Position numbers and translations under genes: made by a program. Shown piece by piece: positions 47,380 through 57,621 of a stretch of DNA of 64,000 nucleotides. A model generated the notes under the pieces. The model worked only from the letters and a program-made list of their open reading frames with translations, was not told the DNA's origin and searched no databases. The stretch is from assembly GCA_051252135.1 (NCBI GenBank), contig JBPOGH010000008.1, positions 32,001 through 96,000 of the forward strand. The letters run 5' to 3'. How positions within the stretch are numbered: position 1 is the first letter of the stretch; each line of letters opens with the position of its first letter. Source of the stretch: Verrucomicrobiaceae bacterium (GTDB lineage Bacteria > Verrucomicrobiota > Verrucomicrobiia > Verrucomicrobiales > Akkermansiaceae).

Positions 47380-48432
47380 CTACTCGCTCACCGGCGCCTC
47401 CGCAACAAATCGTAAAAACCCTCTCTCACTCTCAGGCAAGACAAGGGCATGCACTCCCCCAACGGATGGCAACGCCTCCAACCTCTGCCAGGACCCCTCC
47501 GTCAAATCACTCGAAAACTCGGGAAAGACCCCCAGCGCCAACCCACCCTCGGGAATCGTCACCTCCGCAACAATTCCACCCTCCAGCTGTTTGAACGAAA
47601 ACGGGAGCTCCGTGGCATCCGCCGAAAGACCAAACGCAAAAAGCAACCCGTAAGGAAACCCGCGCTCGCTCACTTCATCCGGCAACACCTCCCCCAACCC
47701 GGCCCCGTCAACCCACGTTCCAAAGGCCGTTGGAACCGTAAAACTCCCGCGCGCCACCACCGTCCCCACCTCGGTGAAGACAAGGGTCGCGTTGGTCCCC
47801 GTGAAGGGAACCTCATCGGAATAATCGATCGTATTGCGCAACTCCGCTAAAACCTGCCGCTCATAAAGAGTCCGTGATTGCTCGCTCAGAATCACTTCAG
47901 TCACTCCGGAAATAGCCGACACCGCAGGAGCCACCGAATAATCCCGGGCATTCGTTGACGGCTGCCCAAATCCCGTCGCAACAGTGATCGCCACCGCCCC
48001 CTGATCGAACAGTGCCTCATGCTCCTCATTCACCAGAATGCCATCCACGATCTTTCCCGGAGGCGCGGGAGTTGAGGTGACAGAAGATATCTCCTGGGTC
48101 CTCTGCGTGATCTGCGTCCTGATCAACTCGTTCTGCTGATGATAGAAAATGAAGCTCGAAAAATCGTGGATGGAATCTGAAATCTTCACCCGACCTCCGG
48201 TAAAACTCATCTCCTCCGGCTCCAGCGTCTCAGGATCGAATCCCAGGTTCGTCACAAAATCTCCCGTATAGAGGACCGACTGCGTCGCACTCCCTCCCGT
48301 GCTCGCCGCCACCCCGGTCACCGTACTCGCCCCTTCTTCAAAGGTGAATGTCACCTCTCGCATCTCCCCAACCGCAAGCTCCGCCATCCCCCCGCATAGG
48401 AGGACCGATATCAAGCACACGGATCGGATCAT
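47380..48432 (-). CDS. Secreted Ser/Thr-rich hypothetical protein with verrucomicrobial-type C-terminal tail
   Basis: Signal peptide; PEFSSDLTEGSW...RGFLRF tail. Confidence 0.75.
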   Translation of the reverse strand: MIRSVCLISVLLCGGMAELAVGEMREVTFTFEEGASTVTGVAASTGGSATQSVLYTGDFVTNLGFDPETLEPEEMSFTGGRVKISDSIHDFSSFIFYHQQNELIRTQITQRTQEISSVTSTPAPPGKIVDGILVNEEHEALFDQGAVAITVATGFGQPSTNARDYSVAPAVSAISGVTEVILSEQSRTLYERQVLAELRNTIDYSDEVPFTGTNATLVFTEVGTVVARGSFTVPTAFGTWVDGAGLGEVLPDEVSERGFPYGLLFAFGLSADATELPFSFKQLEGGIVAEVTIPEGGLALGVFPEFSSDLTEGSWQRLEALPSVGGVHALVLPESERGFLRFVAEAPVSE

Positions 48433-48438
48433 CGGAGC

Positions 48439-48834
48439 CTACTTGCTTTGGGTCAGATTAAGCAACGCCGCCCGCACCTTCCCCATCAACGGCGTGTTAA
48501 AGGTCGTCAGCGTGAGCCGCAGCTTGTCGTTCTCGGGATGGGTGAAGGTCACCGTTTGATCAATCGCCCGGGCCGCTTTCTGAAAATCCTTGTTCTCCTT
48601 CTCATCCTTCATCGTCTTCACCTTGATCTCCACCCACCCCTTCCCAAGTGCCTTGAGCAATTGAACCTTCAACTCGGCAAAGTCCTGATCCGTCGCATAA
48701 AAACTGGTCTTGTGAAGGCCCTTCTCCGTCTTTGTCACCAACTGGCTCCCGGGGAACACCTTGGATAAATTCGGAATCTCCAGCGAGAAACAGGGCAGAA
48801 CGAGGCAGATGGTAATGACAATTCGGAGAATCAT
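48439..48834 (-). CDS. Hypothetical secreted protein
   Basis: Signal peptide; start overlaps the upstream stop (ATGA). Confidence 0.7.
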   Translation of the reverse strand: MILRIVITICLVLPCFSLEIPNLSKVFPGSQLVTKTEKGLHKTSFYATDQDFAELKVQLLKALGKGWVEIKVKTMKDEKENKDFQKAARAIDQTVTFTHPENDKLRLTLTTFNTPLMGKVRAALLNLTQSK

Positions 48835-50246
48835 GATCGGAGAGTGGCTTGATGATAGAGGCTGCAGAGAAGACCGCAAAAAACCAATGCGGTCAGATGA
48901 ATCGAAAAAATCGACAAAGGAAAATCAAAACAACTGTGCACCCCCACCCCGATCAATCCCACCACCACCCCCCTCACCAAATGCATATTGGGCGCACTGA
49001 GAGCTCTCCGCTTCATCAGACTCACGCCGCACACCACCGCCCCCAACCCAACCACCATCCAGGCCGCAAAACCCAAATACCCCCACTCCACCAAAGTCTG
49101 CAACGGATCACAGTGCCCCCGGTGCAATCCCCCGGTAATGCTTGGATCCAAATTGTAATAGGGAAACACATGCGCAAAACTCCCCGGCCCCAAACCACAC
49201 CAACCCCCTTCATCGGGTGACGCCATCCGCCGCATCACCCGCATAATCGCCAGCCTCGTGTCCACCGTTGCCGAATGCCCGCCGCTCCCCAGTGTCTCGG
49301 CAAGATACTGCCATCGCACCACCAGGTGCCGAATCCCTAACGCCACAAACGCCACAAACAACAAGCCCATCGCCCCAATCCCAATTCGGCTCTCGGTCGC
49401 CATTCCCGCCGACCGCATTCCCCGTACGAAATCCTTCAGACTTTTCCACTCAATCACCACCAGCAACAAACTCACCAACCCCAGAATCAAAAATCCACCC
49501 TTCGATGCCGTTGCCACCACTCCCGCCGCGCTCATCAGGGCCGAGATCACCCAAAGATAAATTTGTGGCAGGCTCGACCTCAACCGCCAGGCCCGCAATG
49601 CCAGGGCCACCGATACCGGATAAACCAAATTGAGAAACGCCGCCGCGTTCGCGTTATACACAAAGGGCGCAAAGTAGGTTTCCGGATGCCCGAGATTCGG
49701 CCGATTCGGATCCACCACCACACCCCAGACCGATCTCATCCCCAATCCCTTGTGCGCCAGACCCACCAAGGTCACCGCCAGACCAGACAACGCCAGAAGC
49801 TGGAGCAAGTGAATCCATGCCTTGCTCTCCGTGCTCCGCGCCACCGCCAGCAACCCCAATGCGATCGCTCCAATCTCGAGAACAAAATATTGTGTGTCCG
49901 AATAAACCACCGACCCCCGCAAGGAAGGAAAAGGCCGGTCGGGAAAATCTGTAAAAACATACCCCAGTTCCCGCGAATGATCGGAATGCGCATTGAACGC
50001 CAGAAAGCTCCCAAACATCACCAGAAAGACCATCGCACCACCAAACCAAATCGGCATCGGCGGCACCCTGCGTTGCCCCGGAAGCAACAGAAGGGCAAAG
50101 ATCGACAACACCACCAAACCCCTCACTCCCAATCTCCGGTACTCGATCGTTGTCGACCCAAACGCACCCAGCACCCACACCAACAACACAACAGTCATCA
50201 AAAGAAGAACCATTGCTCGGGCAGAAGTCGCTTGCGGTGAATTCAT
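48831..50246 (-). CDS. O-antigen ligase / Wzy_C family membrane protein
   Basis: PFVYNANAAAFL, TASKGG, GLGPGSF, HCDPLQTLVEWG, HSCFDFP. Confidence 0.85.
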   Translation of the reverse strand: MNSPQATSARAMVLLLMTVVLLVWVLGAFGSTTIEYRRLGVRGLVVLSIFALLLLPGQRRVPPMPIWFGGAMVFLVMFGSFLAFNAHSDHSRELGYVFTDFPDRPFPSLRGSVVYSDTQYFVLEIGAIALGLLAVARSTESKAWIHLLQLLALSGLAVTLVGLAHKGLGMRSVWGVVVDPNRPNLGHPETYFAPFVYNANAAAFLNLVYPVSVALALRAWRLRSSLPQIYLWVISALMSAAGVVATASKGGFLILGLVSLLLVVIEWKSLKDFVRGMRSAGMATESRIGIGAMGLLFVAFVALGIRHLVVRWQYLAETLGSGGHSATVDTRLAIMRVMRRMASPDEGGWCGLGPGSFAHVFPYYNLDPSITGGLHRGHCDPLQTLVEWGYLGFAAWMVVGLGAVVCGVSLMKRRALSAPNMHLVRGVVVGLIGVGVHSCFDFPLSIFSIHLTALVFCGLLCSLYHQATLRS

Positions 50247-50260
50247 TCGATTGGATTGAA

Positions 50261-50297
50261 ACAAAAAAAGCTGCCCATGCATCCGCACCGGCAGCTT
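50261..50297 (-). terminator. Intrinsic terminator after the PEP-CTERM gene
   Basis: Minus strand AAGCTGCC..GGCAGCTT-TTTTTG. Confidence 0.75.
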
Positions 50298-50322
50298 CAG
50301 TCGGAAAAATGCTCTAAAGGAC

Positions 50323-51003
50323 CTATCGCCGCCGGTTCACAAGCGCCACTGCCCCGATCAGAGCCAGCATTGCCGATCCCGGCTCGGGCACTGATTCGAG
50401 CGCAGTGTCGTTATAACCATAGCTCAGAATCTCCGCCGTCTGCGTCGCTTCAGTCACTCGCACCTCGAGAAACCCAAGATAGGTCAACGTCACCAACTCC
50501 GTCCCCTTCTCAAAAGTCATCGCCACAAACCCCGTCACCGAACCACCCCCGCCATTGCTCCACTGCCCGTCGGACTCCGTCGCAAAAAAGCTGTTACTCG
50601 CCAATACCCCCCGGAAGTCATCGTAATTCAACTCGGACGTCACCCCCAATGCCGTCTCAACCTTCTGCGCCGCCGGCACCGGACCTCCATAAAAGACCGT
50701 CCCCAATCCACTCGCAGCCGCCGGGCTCTCCGCCACTTTCAACCCCGCCAACCCGCTGTTCGACACCTCAAAGGTCAGCGCCCCTCCAAATCCCGAATTC
50801 ACAAAAAAATTCAGCTCATCCCGCCCGTCACCATCAAGATCAAAGGCTTGCGTATTCGGCTCCGCCGTTCCGGAATTTCCATCCAGCACAATCGGACTCA
50901 CCGGCGCACCCTCGGGATCCCCAAACGTATAAACCACCGCCCCTTGTCCCTGACAACAAATGACAACGAAGCTGAGAACCGGGAAAAGGGCAGACGAACG
51001 CAT
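50323..51003 (-). CDS. PEP-CTERM sorting domain protein
   Basis: Signal peptide; DLDGDGRDE; VPEPGSAMLALIGAVALVNRRR. Confidence 0.92.
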   Translation of the reverse strand: MRSSALFPVLSFVVICCQGQGAVVYTFGDPEGAPVSPIVLDGNSGTAEPNTQAFDLDGDGRDELNFFVNSGFGGALTFEVSNSGLAGLKVAESPAAASGLGTVFYGGPVPAAQKVETALGVTSELNYDDFRGVLASNSFFATESDGQWSNGGGGSVTGFVAMTFEKGTELVTLTYLGFLEVRVTEATQTAEILSYGYNDTALESVPEPGSAMLALIGAVALVNRRR

Positions 51004-51014
51004 AAAAATCGAAC

Positions 51015-51359
51015 TTAAAGAGGAGGAAGAGGATTGGGAGCAAGGTTGCCAATGCCGTTTTGCGCCTCCCAGATCGCACACAGCCCGTCTTCCAGGAACT
51101 GACGCGTGTAAGCCACATCACCCGTGGCAAAAACCACCGAAAACGCCGCATTGGCCAGAAAAGGAACATGCTGCTGGGCATATCCAAAAAGTGTCGAAAG
51201 GCTTTGGCCCATGAAGGGACAATCCTGACTCGTCACCGGCCCATCGTTCGCATTGAACGGATTCGGAATCGCCAGAGAGTTTCCGAGAGTACCGGGGCGA
51301 CTGTTGCCGAACGCGGACGTGCCAAGAATCAAAGAAGTCAGGAGAACGAGAGCCTTCAT
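51015..51359 (-). CDS. Small secreted hypothetical protein
   Basis: Signal peptide MKALVLL..SAFG; ends 11 nt before the PEP-CTERM gene; AT-rich upstream region with minus-strand TTGACA. Confidence 0.65.
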   Translation of the reverse strand: MKALVLLTSLILGTSAFGNSRPGTLGNSLAIPNPFNANDGPVTSQDCPFMGQSLSTLFGYAQQHVPFLANAAFSVVFATGDVAYTRQFLEDGLCAIWEAQNGIGNLAPNPLPPL

Positions 51360-51553
51360 GGGGGGATGTGGGGGATTTCAGGGGGAAACTCGTCAAGGTT
51401 TGACGAATTTGATAATTAGCTCATAACGAATATAAGGATAAATGTCAACATTTTGACCTATTCCTTTAAATCTTTTTGTCATGAACGGGTTGCATCCCCT
51501 TGGGCTTCGCCGCCCCAATCATCAACTCCCTGAACTGCTCCCGGGAATCTTGG

Positions 51554-53449
51554 TCATTCGCTCTCCTCCTCCTTCTCGAGATCGATCAAAACCATTTCGA
51601 GATCCGGATTCCACCGGTAACACACCAGATTTAACAATCGGCAGGCCTCACGAATCTCCTCAAGACGCTCCTCCTCAATGTGATTGATCGTCACCACCAC
51701 CCCGTGAAGATTCCAATCCTCCACCAAATCCGGGAGCGCCGAAAGATCACCCCGTATCTTGAACCCATCGAGATACTTCCCGTAAAGCTCCGGATGATCA
51801 TCCAAAAACCCAATAATCCGATACTTGGAAAAGTGCGACTCCGCCGTGATCTTGACGTGATTCAGAAAAAGCTCCCCGATCGAACCCGATCCGTAAACCA
51901 CCACCCGCTTCCGCTGCTCCGATGACTTCCCCGCCCGACGATGCAGCGAATCAACCACCATCTCACGCATCACCGGAAACGCGCCCCTCGGCACACAAAT
52001 CAACAGCCCGCCCAAAAACGAAGCCGTCAACTGAATCCGGATCGTCCCCATCAGATCACTGCTCAAAATCACATTGATCGTTCCCGCAATAAACATCCCC
52101 AGGCCAAACCAACTCAACACCCCAAGAAAATCACGCACGCTCGCCCGACTCCACCTCCGCAGATACCCCTTCCCCGCCGTCAACATCAGAAGACCACACG
52201 CCATCGTCACCGCCGTCGTCTCCAGATCCCGTCCCCACTCGGAGGACTCGATAATCCCGTTGTGCTCCAAAAGAAAAGCCGCCACCACCGAAACACCCAA
52301 AGCCACCCCGTCATACACCGTCAACCCCGCCCGGAACAACTTGTTCCCCGCCGGGCGCTTGATCACCACCTTGAGAACCTCCCCCGAGATCCCCAACTCC
52401 ACCGGGGCAAGATAACGGAACCCCACCAACCCGATCGCCACCAACGCCGCAAAGGTCAACCCCACCGCCCGCTCGTCAAAAAGCGAGGGCACAATCGCCA
52501 CCACCGACCCCAACACCGCCAGACCGTATAGGATCGAGGTCGCCTTCCGTTGGTTCAACCCATATGCCAAAAGCCGATGATGCAAGTGATGCTGGTCCGC
52601 CCCAAACACCTTCCCTCCCGGACCCGATCCCAACCTCCCCAGCCACGACCGAAAACTCCGCCGCCACACCGCCAGCAAAACATCCAGTAACGGCACCCCC
52701 GCCACCACAATCGGCAGCAACAAACTCAACAAAGTCAGCCGCTCCCCCACCGACGTCGTCGCCGCCGATGCCACAAAAAACCCAATCAACATCGATCCCG
52801 CATCCCCCAGAAAAATCCGCGCCGGATGGAAATTATAACGCAGAAACCCAAGCAGCGCCCCCAGCATGATCAAAATGATGATCCCGTCACCGGACCGGTG
52901 ATAGTAGAACGCCATGAAGGTCAGACTCAGCAAGGCAATCGATGCCAGCCCCGCACAAAGACCATCCATCCCGTCGATCAAATTGAAGGCATTGATCAGA
53001 AACACCATCCACACCACCCACAGGCCCAGATGAACATACCACGGGATCTCAAATCCCAGGAAGAGACCGCCTTCCACCCCCCGCGTGAAAAAGAGCACCA
53101 CCGCCGCCGCCACATGGCAAATCAACTTGAGCCACGCACTCAGCCCCCATCGGTCATCAATAACCCCAACCGCGACCAGAAATCCCGAAGTCAGCGCAAA
53201 CCCCAAATACCACGTCCAATCCATCTCCCCCGGCCCATCCCGATCATACAGAAAGACCCCCGCGACAGAAATAAAGGTGACCCAAATCGCAATCCCCCCC
53301 GCCCGCGGAATCGGCGTATCATGAATCCGACGTTTTCCCGGATGATCGATGAGCCCCAGCTTCGGCGCCACCACAATCATCAACCGGGTAAGCGCCAGCG
53401 AGAGCATAAAACTGCCCGCCAGGATCACTATCGCTATCAATATCATCAT
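51554..53449 (-). CDS. WecA/MraY-family undecaprenyl-phosphate sugar-1-phosphate transferase fused to a 4TM + Rossmann-like domain
   Basis: D.PG.RRIH..PIPRAGG, GVIDD, NLIDGMDG, FLGDAGS, HHLHH; C-terminal VVVYGSGSIG..IGFLDD. Confidence 0.88.
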   Translation of the reverse strand: MMILIAIVILAGSFMLSLALTRLMIVVAPKLGLIDHPGKRRIHDTPIPRAGGIAIWVTFISVAGVFLYDRDGPGEMDWTWYLGFALTSGFLVAVGVIDDRWGLSAWLKLICHVAAAVVLFFTRGVEGGLFLGFEIPWYVHLGLWVVWMVFLINAFNLIDGMDGLCAGLASIALLSLTFMAFYYHRSGDGIIILIMLGALLGFLRYNFHPARIFLGDAGSMLIGFFVASAATTSVGERLTLLSLLLPIVVAGVPLLDVLLAVWRRSFRSWLGRLGSGPGGKVFGADQHHLHHRLLAYGLNQRKATSILYGLAVLGSVVAIVPSLFDERAVGLTFAALVAIGLVGFRYLAPVELGISGEVLKVVIKRPAGNKLFRAGLTVYDGVALGVSVVAAFLLEHNGIIESSEWGRDLETTAVTMACGLLMLTAGKGYLRRWSRASVRDFLGVLSWFGLGMFIAGTINVILSSDLMGTIRIQLTASFLGGLLICVPRGAFPVMREMVVDSLHRRAGKSSEQRKRVVVYGSGSIGELFLNHVKITAESHFSKYRIIGFLDDHPELYGKYLDGFKIRGDLSALPDLVEDWNLHGVVVTINHIEEERLEEIREACRLLNLVCYRWNPDLEMVLIDLEKEEESE

Positions 53450-54630
53450 TTTGTCAAAAACTCCGCCGTTTCCCTCGAATTCCTCTGCCGGTCAAAACGC
53501 TCTGCCGCAAACCGCCGCGCACACCCGCCCATCTCCTCCCTCTTCACCACATCTCCCCCTTCTCCAATCGCCGCCATCATCCCCTCATGATCATCCGGCT
53601 CCACCACCCATCCCCCCCCGCTCTCGAAAATCCACTGCCCGATGGTCGACGCCCGGGACCCCACAAAAATTACCGGCCGCCCCATCGCAAAAATCCCCTG
53701 CAGCTTCGAGGGCACCATCGTCCCGTCCCAACCCGGCTCCATCGATACCAAATGCACATCCGCACTCGCAAGATGCACCGCCAATGACTCGCGAGGCACA
53801 TACTCCAGCACTTCCAGCGCCACTCCCGGATGAGCTTCCGCAAATTCCTCCACCTCCCTCTTTCGCTTCCCCCCTCCCGAAAACACAAAGCGCACACCCT
53901 GCGGCCTCTCTCCCGCCGCCTTCAAAAATTCCCCGAACCGATGACCCAAGCCCATGTTTCCCGAATACATCAGCACCACCTCCACCTCCGGCCACCCCTG
54001 CCCCTCACGCCATTCCCTGATCTCTTCCCTCCCCACCCCATCACACACCGTCGCCCACAGCGGAACATGCCCGTTACGCCCCTCATGATACCTGCTGATG
54101 CGCGCCTCCATATCCGGCCCCAGTGACAGCACCCCCGCACTCCGCCCCCCTCCAAAACCCCACCCGGCCAACCCGGCCAACCCCCGGAAAATCAACCCCT
54201 CCCTCCTCAACATCCCGTGCGATGCCATCACATCGGGATACAAATCCATCACCCAATGGGCATAATCACCACCACGAAATCTTGAGACCGCTCGCGCCAG
54301 CACCGACAGAAATGGCGGAGTCGTTAACGCCACAATCCGATCAGGCGACCTCACCTTGAAGGCGAGATAAAACGCCAACTTCACATAGAAAAAAAAGTAA
54401 TCAGCCGCCTTCCCGACAAACGAATTCCTCCCAAACCGCGACGATCTCAACCTCACCACCTTATAATCCTTCTCAACCTCCTCCTCCCTCGTCCCGGCAT
54501 ACCCTCCCCGGGAACACACCACCGTCACCTCATGCCCCATCGCCACCGCCTGATCGGCAACCTCCTCCAGCATCAAGCCGGTGGGCGCCTCATCCGGAGG
54601 AAAATACTGATTGAGAAAAACCAGATGCAT
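53446..54630 (-). CDS. Glycosyltransferase family 4
   Basis: NQYFPPD, MDLYPD, YSGNMG, VPSKL. Confidence 0.9.
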   Translation of the reverse strand: MHLVFLNQYFPPDEAPTGLMLEEVADQAVAMGHEVTVVCSRGGYAGTREEEVEKDYKVVRLRSSRFGRNSFVGKAADYFFFYVKLAFYLAFKVRSPDRIVALTTPPFLSVLARAVSRFRGGDYAHWVMDLYPDVMASHGMLRREGLIFRGLAGLAGWGFGGGRSAGVLSLGPDMEARISRYHEGRNGHVPLWATVCDGVGREEIREWREGQGWPEVEVVLMYSGNMGLGHRFGEFLKAAGERPQGVRFVFSGGGKRKREVEEFAEAHPGVALEVLEYVPRESLAVHLASADVHLVSMEPGWDGTMVPSKLQGIFAMGRPVIFVGSRASTIGQWIFESGGGWVVEPDDHEGMMAAIGEGGDVVKREEMGGCARRFAAERFDRQRNSRETAEFLTK

Positions 54631-55169
54631 CAGAGATCACGTCGCTTCTCCGCAGGATTCCCCGTCGCCAGAATATGCGCAGGCTGATCCTTCAACACCA
54701 CCGCCCCCGCACCCAGCGTCGTCCCCTCACCCACCCTCACCCCCGGTCCCACAAAGGCCTGGGCACCCACCCACACCGATTCCTCAAGTACGATGGGCTT
54801 GGTAATCAAATCAAAACTCTTCTTCCCGTGATCGTGCGACCCCGTGCAAAGAAACGCCCGCTGCGACACGCAGCAATGCGAACCAATCCTCACCTCTGCC
54901 AGGGAAAGAATCAACACATCCTCTCCCAACCACACATGATCCCCGATCTTCAGCCGCCATGGAAAGCTGATCGAGCACCCCGGTCGAATCACCACCCCCG
55001 TCCCCACTTCCGCCCCAAAGAGCCGCAGCAATGCCACTTTCCAGGCCGAAGGAAAGGGCACCGGCATCAAAAATATTAACGCTCTCACCAGCCACCAAAG
55101 TGCCTCCTTCCATCGCGGAGCACCCCGATCAAAACCCTCCGCATTGTATGTCGATAAATCGCGTTTCAT
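54630..55169 (-). CDS. WcaF-like hexapeptide acetyltransferase
   Basis: LLRLFGA, FPWRLKIGD, CTGSHD, GNPA. Confidence 0.9.
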   Translation of the reverse strand: MKRDLSTYNAEGFDRGAPRWKEALWWLVRALIFLMPVPFPSAWKVALLRLFGAEVGTGVVIRPGCSISFPWRLKIGDHVWLGEDVLILSLAEVRIGSHCCVSQRAFLCTGSHDHGKKSFDLITKPIVLEESVWVGAQAFVGPGVRVGEGTTLGAGAVVLKDQPAHILATGNPAEKRRDL

Positions 55170-56551
55170 CCTCTCGCATCACGGTTGATATTTCGCAGAA
55201 TCCAGAACAGCCCCAGACCAAAGAAAAACGGATAAAGCACCAGTAAGGTAATATCCCGCCCCATATTGAATGTCAGAATCAACCCGCAGGCATACAGCAA
55301 GAGCCGCGTCGGCTGCTCGTGCGCTTGCAAGTCCTGACGGGTCAGAATGGCCACCCAGAGGGCCATCAGAACCGCCGCTGCCACCGGTCCGAAGAACCGC
55401 CCAAAATTCACCACCCCCTGGCCCACCATCCCTGTCGATATCGTCGCCGTCACCAGATTCGATCCCTTCCTCGACGCCTGCCCGCGCGCAATCGCATAAT
55501 CGATCCCAATCAGCGGCTTCCCCTTCCAAAGCGCCCGCGGAATCGGATTCACCGCTTCCGCAAAATAACGCTCCCCCATATTCACCTTGTAGCGACCGTT
55601 CGAGATATACCGGTTAATCCAACCCAGCTCCTCCAGCATGTTCAACCCCGCATGCTTGGTCTCCTTCTTACCACGATAGCTCTCGCTTCTCACCGCTCCC
55701 GCAATTGACCGCTCCTGCCGGTTCTCCATCACAAAGGCAAACCACTGGGAGATCCCAAGAAAAGCCGCCGCCAAAATAACCCCCTTCACATAAAGCGGAC
55801 TCTTTAAACGAAGGAACACCCAAGCCAGAAGACCCGGAAGAATCGTCGCCAACATCGTGTTCCGCGTGCGGTCAAAAATGAAATAGGGCAGCGCCAAAAC
55901 ACAGACCGCCAACGCAATCCCCCGAACCTTGGAATCACGCGAAAGCGCCAAAATAATCCCCGCCGCCGCCGCCAGAAACGTCTGAAAATACTGCGCCAGA
56001 GACAGCAGCGCATCAAGCCCCCCGCCCAATCTCCCCCGCGCCCAGGGATCCACCTTCTCACCCGAAAGATAAGGCGCAAAAAGAGAGATAAAATTCCACT
56101 CCACCCGCCACACCGCCACCGCCATCAGCCCTCCCCACACCACAAACAATCCCATCGCCGTCTTGCTCAGCTGCGCCTGAAGACCCGGCGCATTCAGCCG
56201 CCCGGTCCGCTGGCAGAGCAACGCAAAACTTGATCGCCTCAAAAGCCCCTTGTTCATCCACCGATGAATCGGCGGAACCAGCATCACAAACGCCACCAAA
56301 AAGAGCAGCACCTGCCACCACGCTGCTCCCAAATGACCCTTCCCGATCAGCCGCTCATACTTCCCGTAATCATTGTAAAGGGCGTCTCCCCAATACCACA
56401 CCGCCACCGTCAGGATCACCATCAACGCCGGAATCCCAAATCCCTCCTCCCGCTTCGAAAAACACCAGCCGCCCAGCACCACCAGCGCTCCACCGCAAAG
56501 ATAGAACGGAAACGGCATTCCTGAATCATCCGGGATCGTCATCGCACACAC
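55166..56551 (-). CDS. Polytopic membrane protein, probable polysaccharide polymerase (Wzy-like)
   Basis: About 10 TM; NPIPRALW.GKP loop; lies inside the glycosyltransferase operon. Confidence 0.65.
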   Translation of the reverse strand: MCAMTIPDDSGMPFPFYLCGGALVVLGGWCFSKREEGFGIPALMVILTVAVWYWGDALYNDYGKYERLIGKGHLGAAWWQVLLFLVAFVMLVPPIHRWMNKGLLRRSSFALLCQRTGRLNAPGLQAQLSKTAMGLFVVWGGLMAVAVWRVEWNFISLFAPYLSGEKVDPWARGRLGGGLDALLSLAQYFQTFLAAAAGIILALSRDSKVRGIALAVCVLALPYFIFDRTRNTMLATILPGLLAWVFLRLKSPLYVKGVILAAAFLGISQWFAFVMENRQERSIAGAVRSESYRGKKETKHAGLNMLEELGWINRYISNGRYKVNMGERYFAEAVNPIPRALWKGKPLIGIDYAIARGQASRKGSNLVTATISTGMVGQGVVNFGRFFGPVAAAVLMALWVAILTRQDLQAHEQPTRLLLYACGLILTFNMGRDITLLVLYPFFFGLGLFWILRNINRDARG

Positions 56552-57621
56552 TCCGGTTTCTCCCCCTCACCCAACACCCATTGGTAAACCTCCGCCATCT
56601 GCTCCCCGATGCGCTCCCACGTAAAATCCCGCTCAACCAACGCCCTCCCCTGCCTGCCCATCTCCCCCAAATCCCCCGTCAGACCGTCTTCCAACCCTTC
56701 CAGCCTTCCATCCACCTGCGCCAACCGCACCGCCGCCCCCGCCTCAAACCCCTCCGGCAAATGACACTCATCCGTCATCAACACCGGAAGCCCCCACGAC
56801 CACGCCTCCAGCACCGCCACCGGAAGCCCCTCGGAAAAACTCGGCAAAACAAAGGCATCCGCCTCCTGAAAAAGCCGCTCCTTCTCCGCCCCATAAACCG
56901 CCCCCGCAAAACTCACCTCGCCCAAATCATGGGCCTCACTCCGCAAATCAATCCCATGCCCCCCCTCATCCCATCCCGCAATCACCAAACGCCAACCCTC
57001 CGGCCGGACCTCGCGCCACGCCCGCAACAACTCCATCAACCCCTTCTTCGGATGCAGTCTCCCAAGAAAAAGCAGCGTCCGCTCACCCCGGCCCTCCCGG
57101 TCAGGAACCCCCTCCGGCAACACCACCCCGTTCGGAATCACCGCCACCGGCTGACTCAAACCGTAATCCCGGATCGATCCCGCCTCCGCCTCACACAACG
57201 CATGCAAACAACACGATCCGCTCAAATGTGACCGCTCAAAGAGAAAGGAAGCAACCCGCTTCTTCCACCGCGAGTTCGCCAGCGCCCACGAATCAAGCAT
57301 CCCGTGCGGGCTCACCATCCAGGGCACCCCCTGCTTCTTCGCCACCAGCGGAACCGCTATCGAGGGCGCAGACCACAACCCGTGGGAATGATACAACCGG
57401 GGCGACTCCGAACCCAGCGCCTTGATCAGCGCTTTGGATTGGGGAAGCGGAAAGGTGTAGTCGATCACATGCTCACACCCTGTCACCCCATCAAGTGCTT
57501 CACCGCCATCCTTCAGACTGTGAAGCCGGCTCTCCACCCCCAACGCCGCCACCAGATCCCGCACCGCATACGCGATCCCTCCCCCCTTCTGGGTCATCGA
57601 TGCCGTAACATGCGTAATCAT
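56539..57621 (-). CDS. Glycosyltransferase family 4
   Basis: SPHGML, LGRLHPKKG, PSFSEGLPVAVLEA. Confidence 0.92.
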   Translation of the reverse strand: MITHVTASMTQKGGGIAYAVRDLVAALGVESRLHSLKDGGEALDGVTGCEHVIDYTFPLPQSKALIKALGSESPRLYHSHGLWSAPSIAVPLVAKKQGVPWMVSPHGMLDSWALANSRWKKRVASFLFERSHLSGSCCLHALCEAEAGSIRDYGLSQPVAVIPNGVVLPEGVPDREGRGERTLLFLGRLHPKKGLMELLRAWREVRPEGWRLVIAGWDEGGHGIDLRSEAHDLGEVSFAGAVYGAEKERLFQEADAFVLPSFSEGLPVAVLEAWSWGLPVLMTDECHLPEGFEAGAAVRLAQVDGRLEGLEDGLTGDLGEMGRQGRALVERDFTWERIGEQMAEVYQWVLGEGEKPECVR

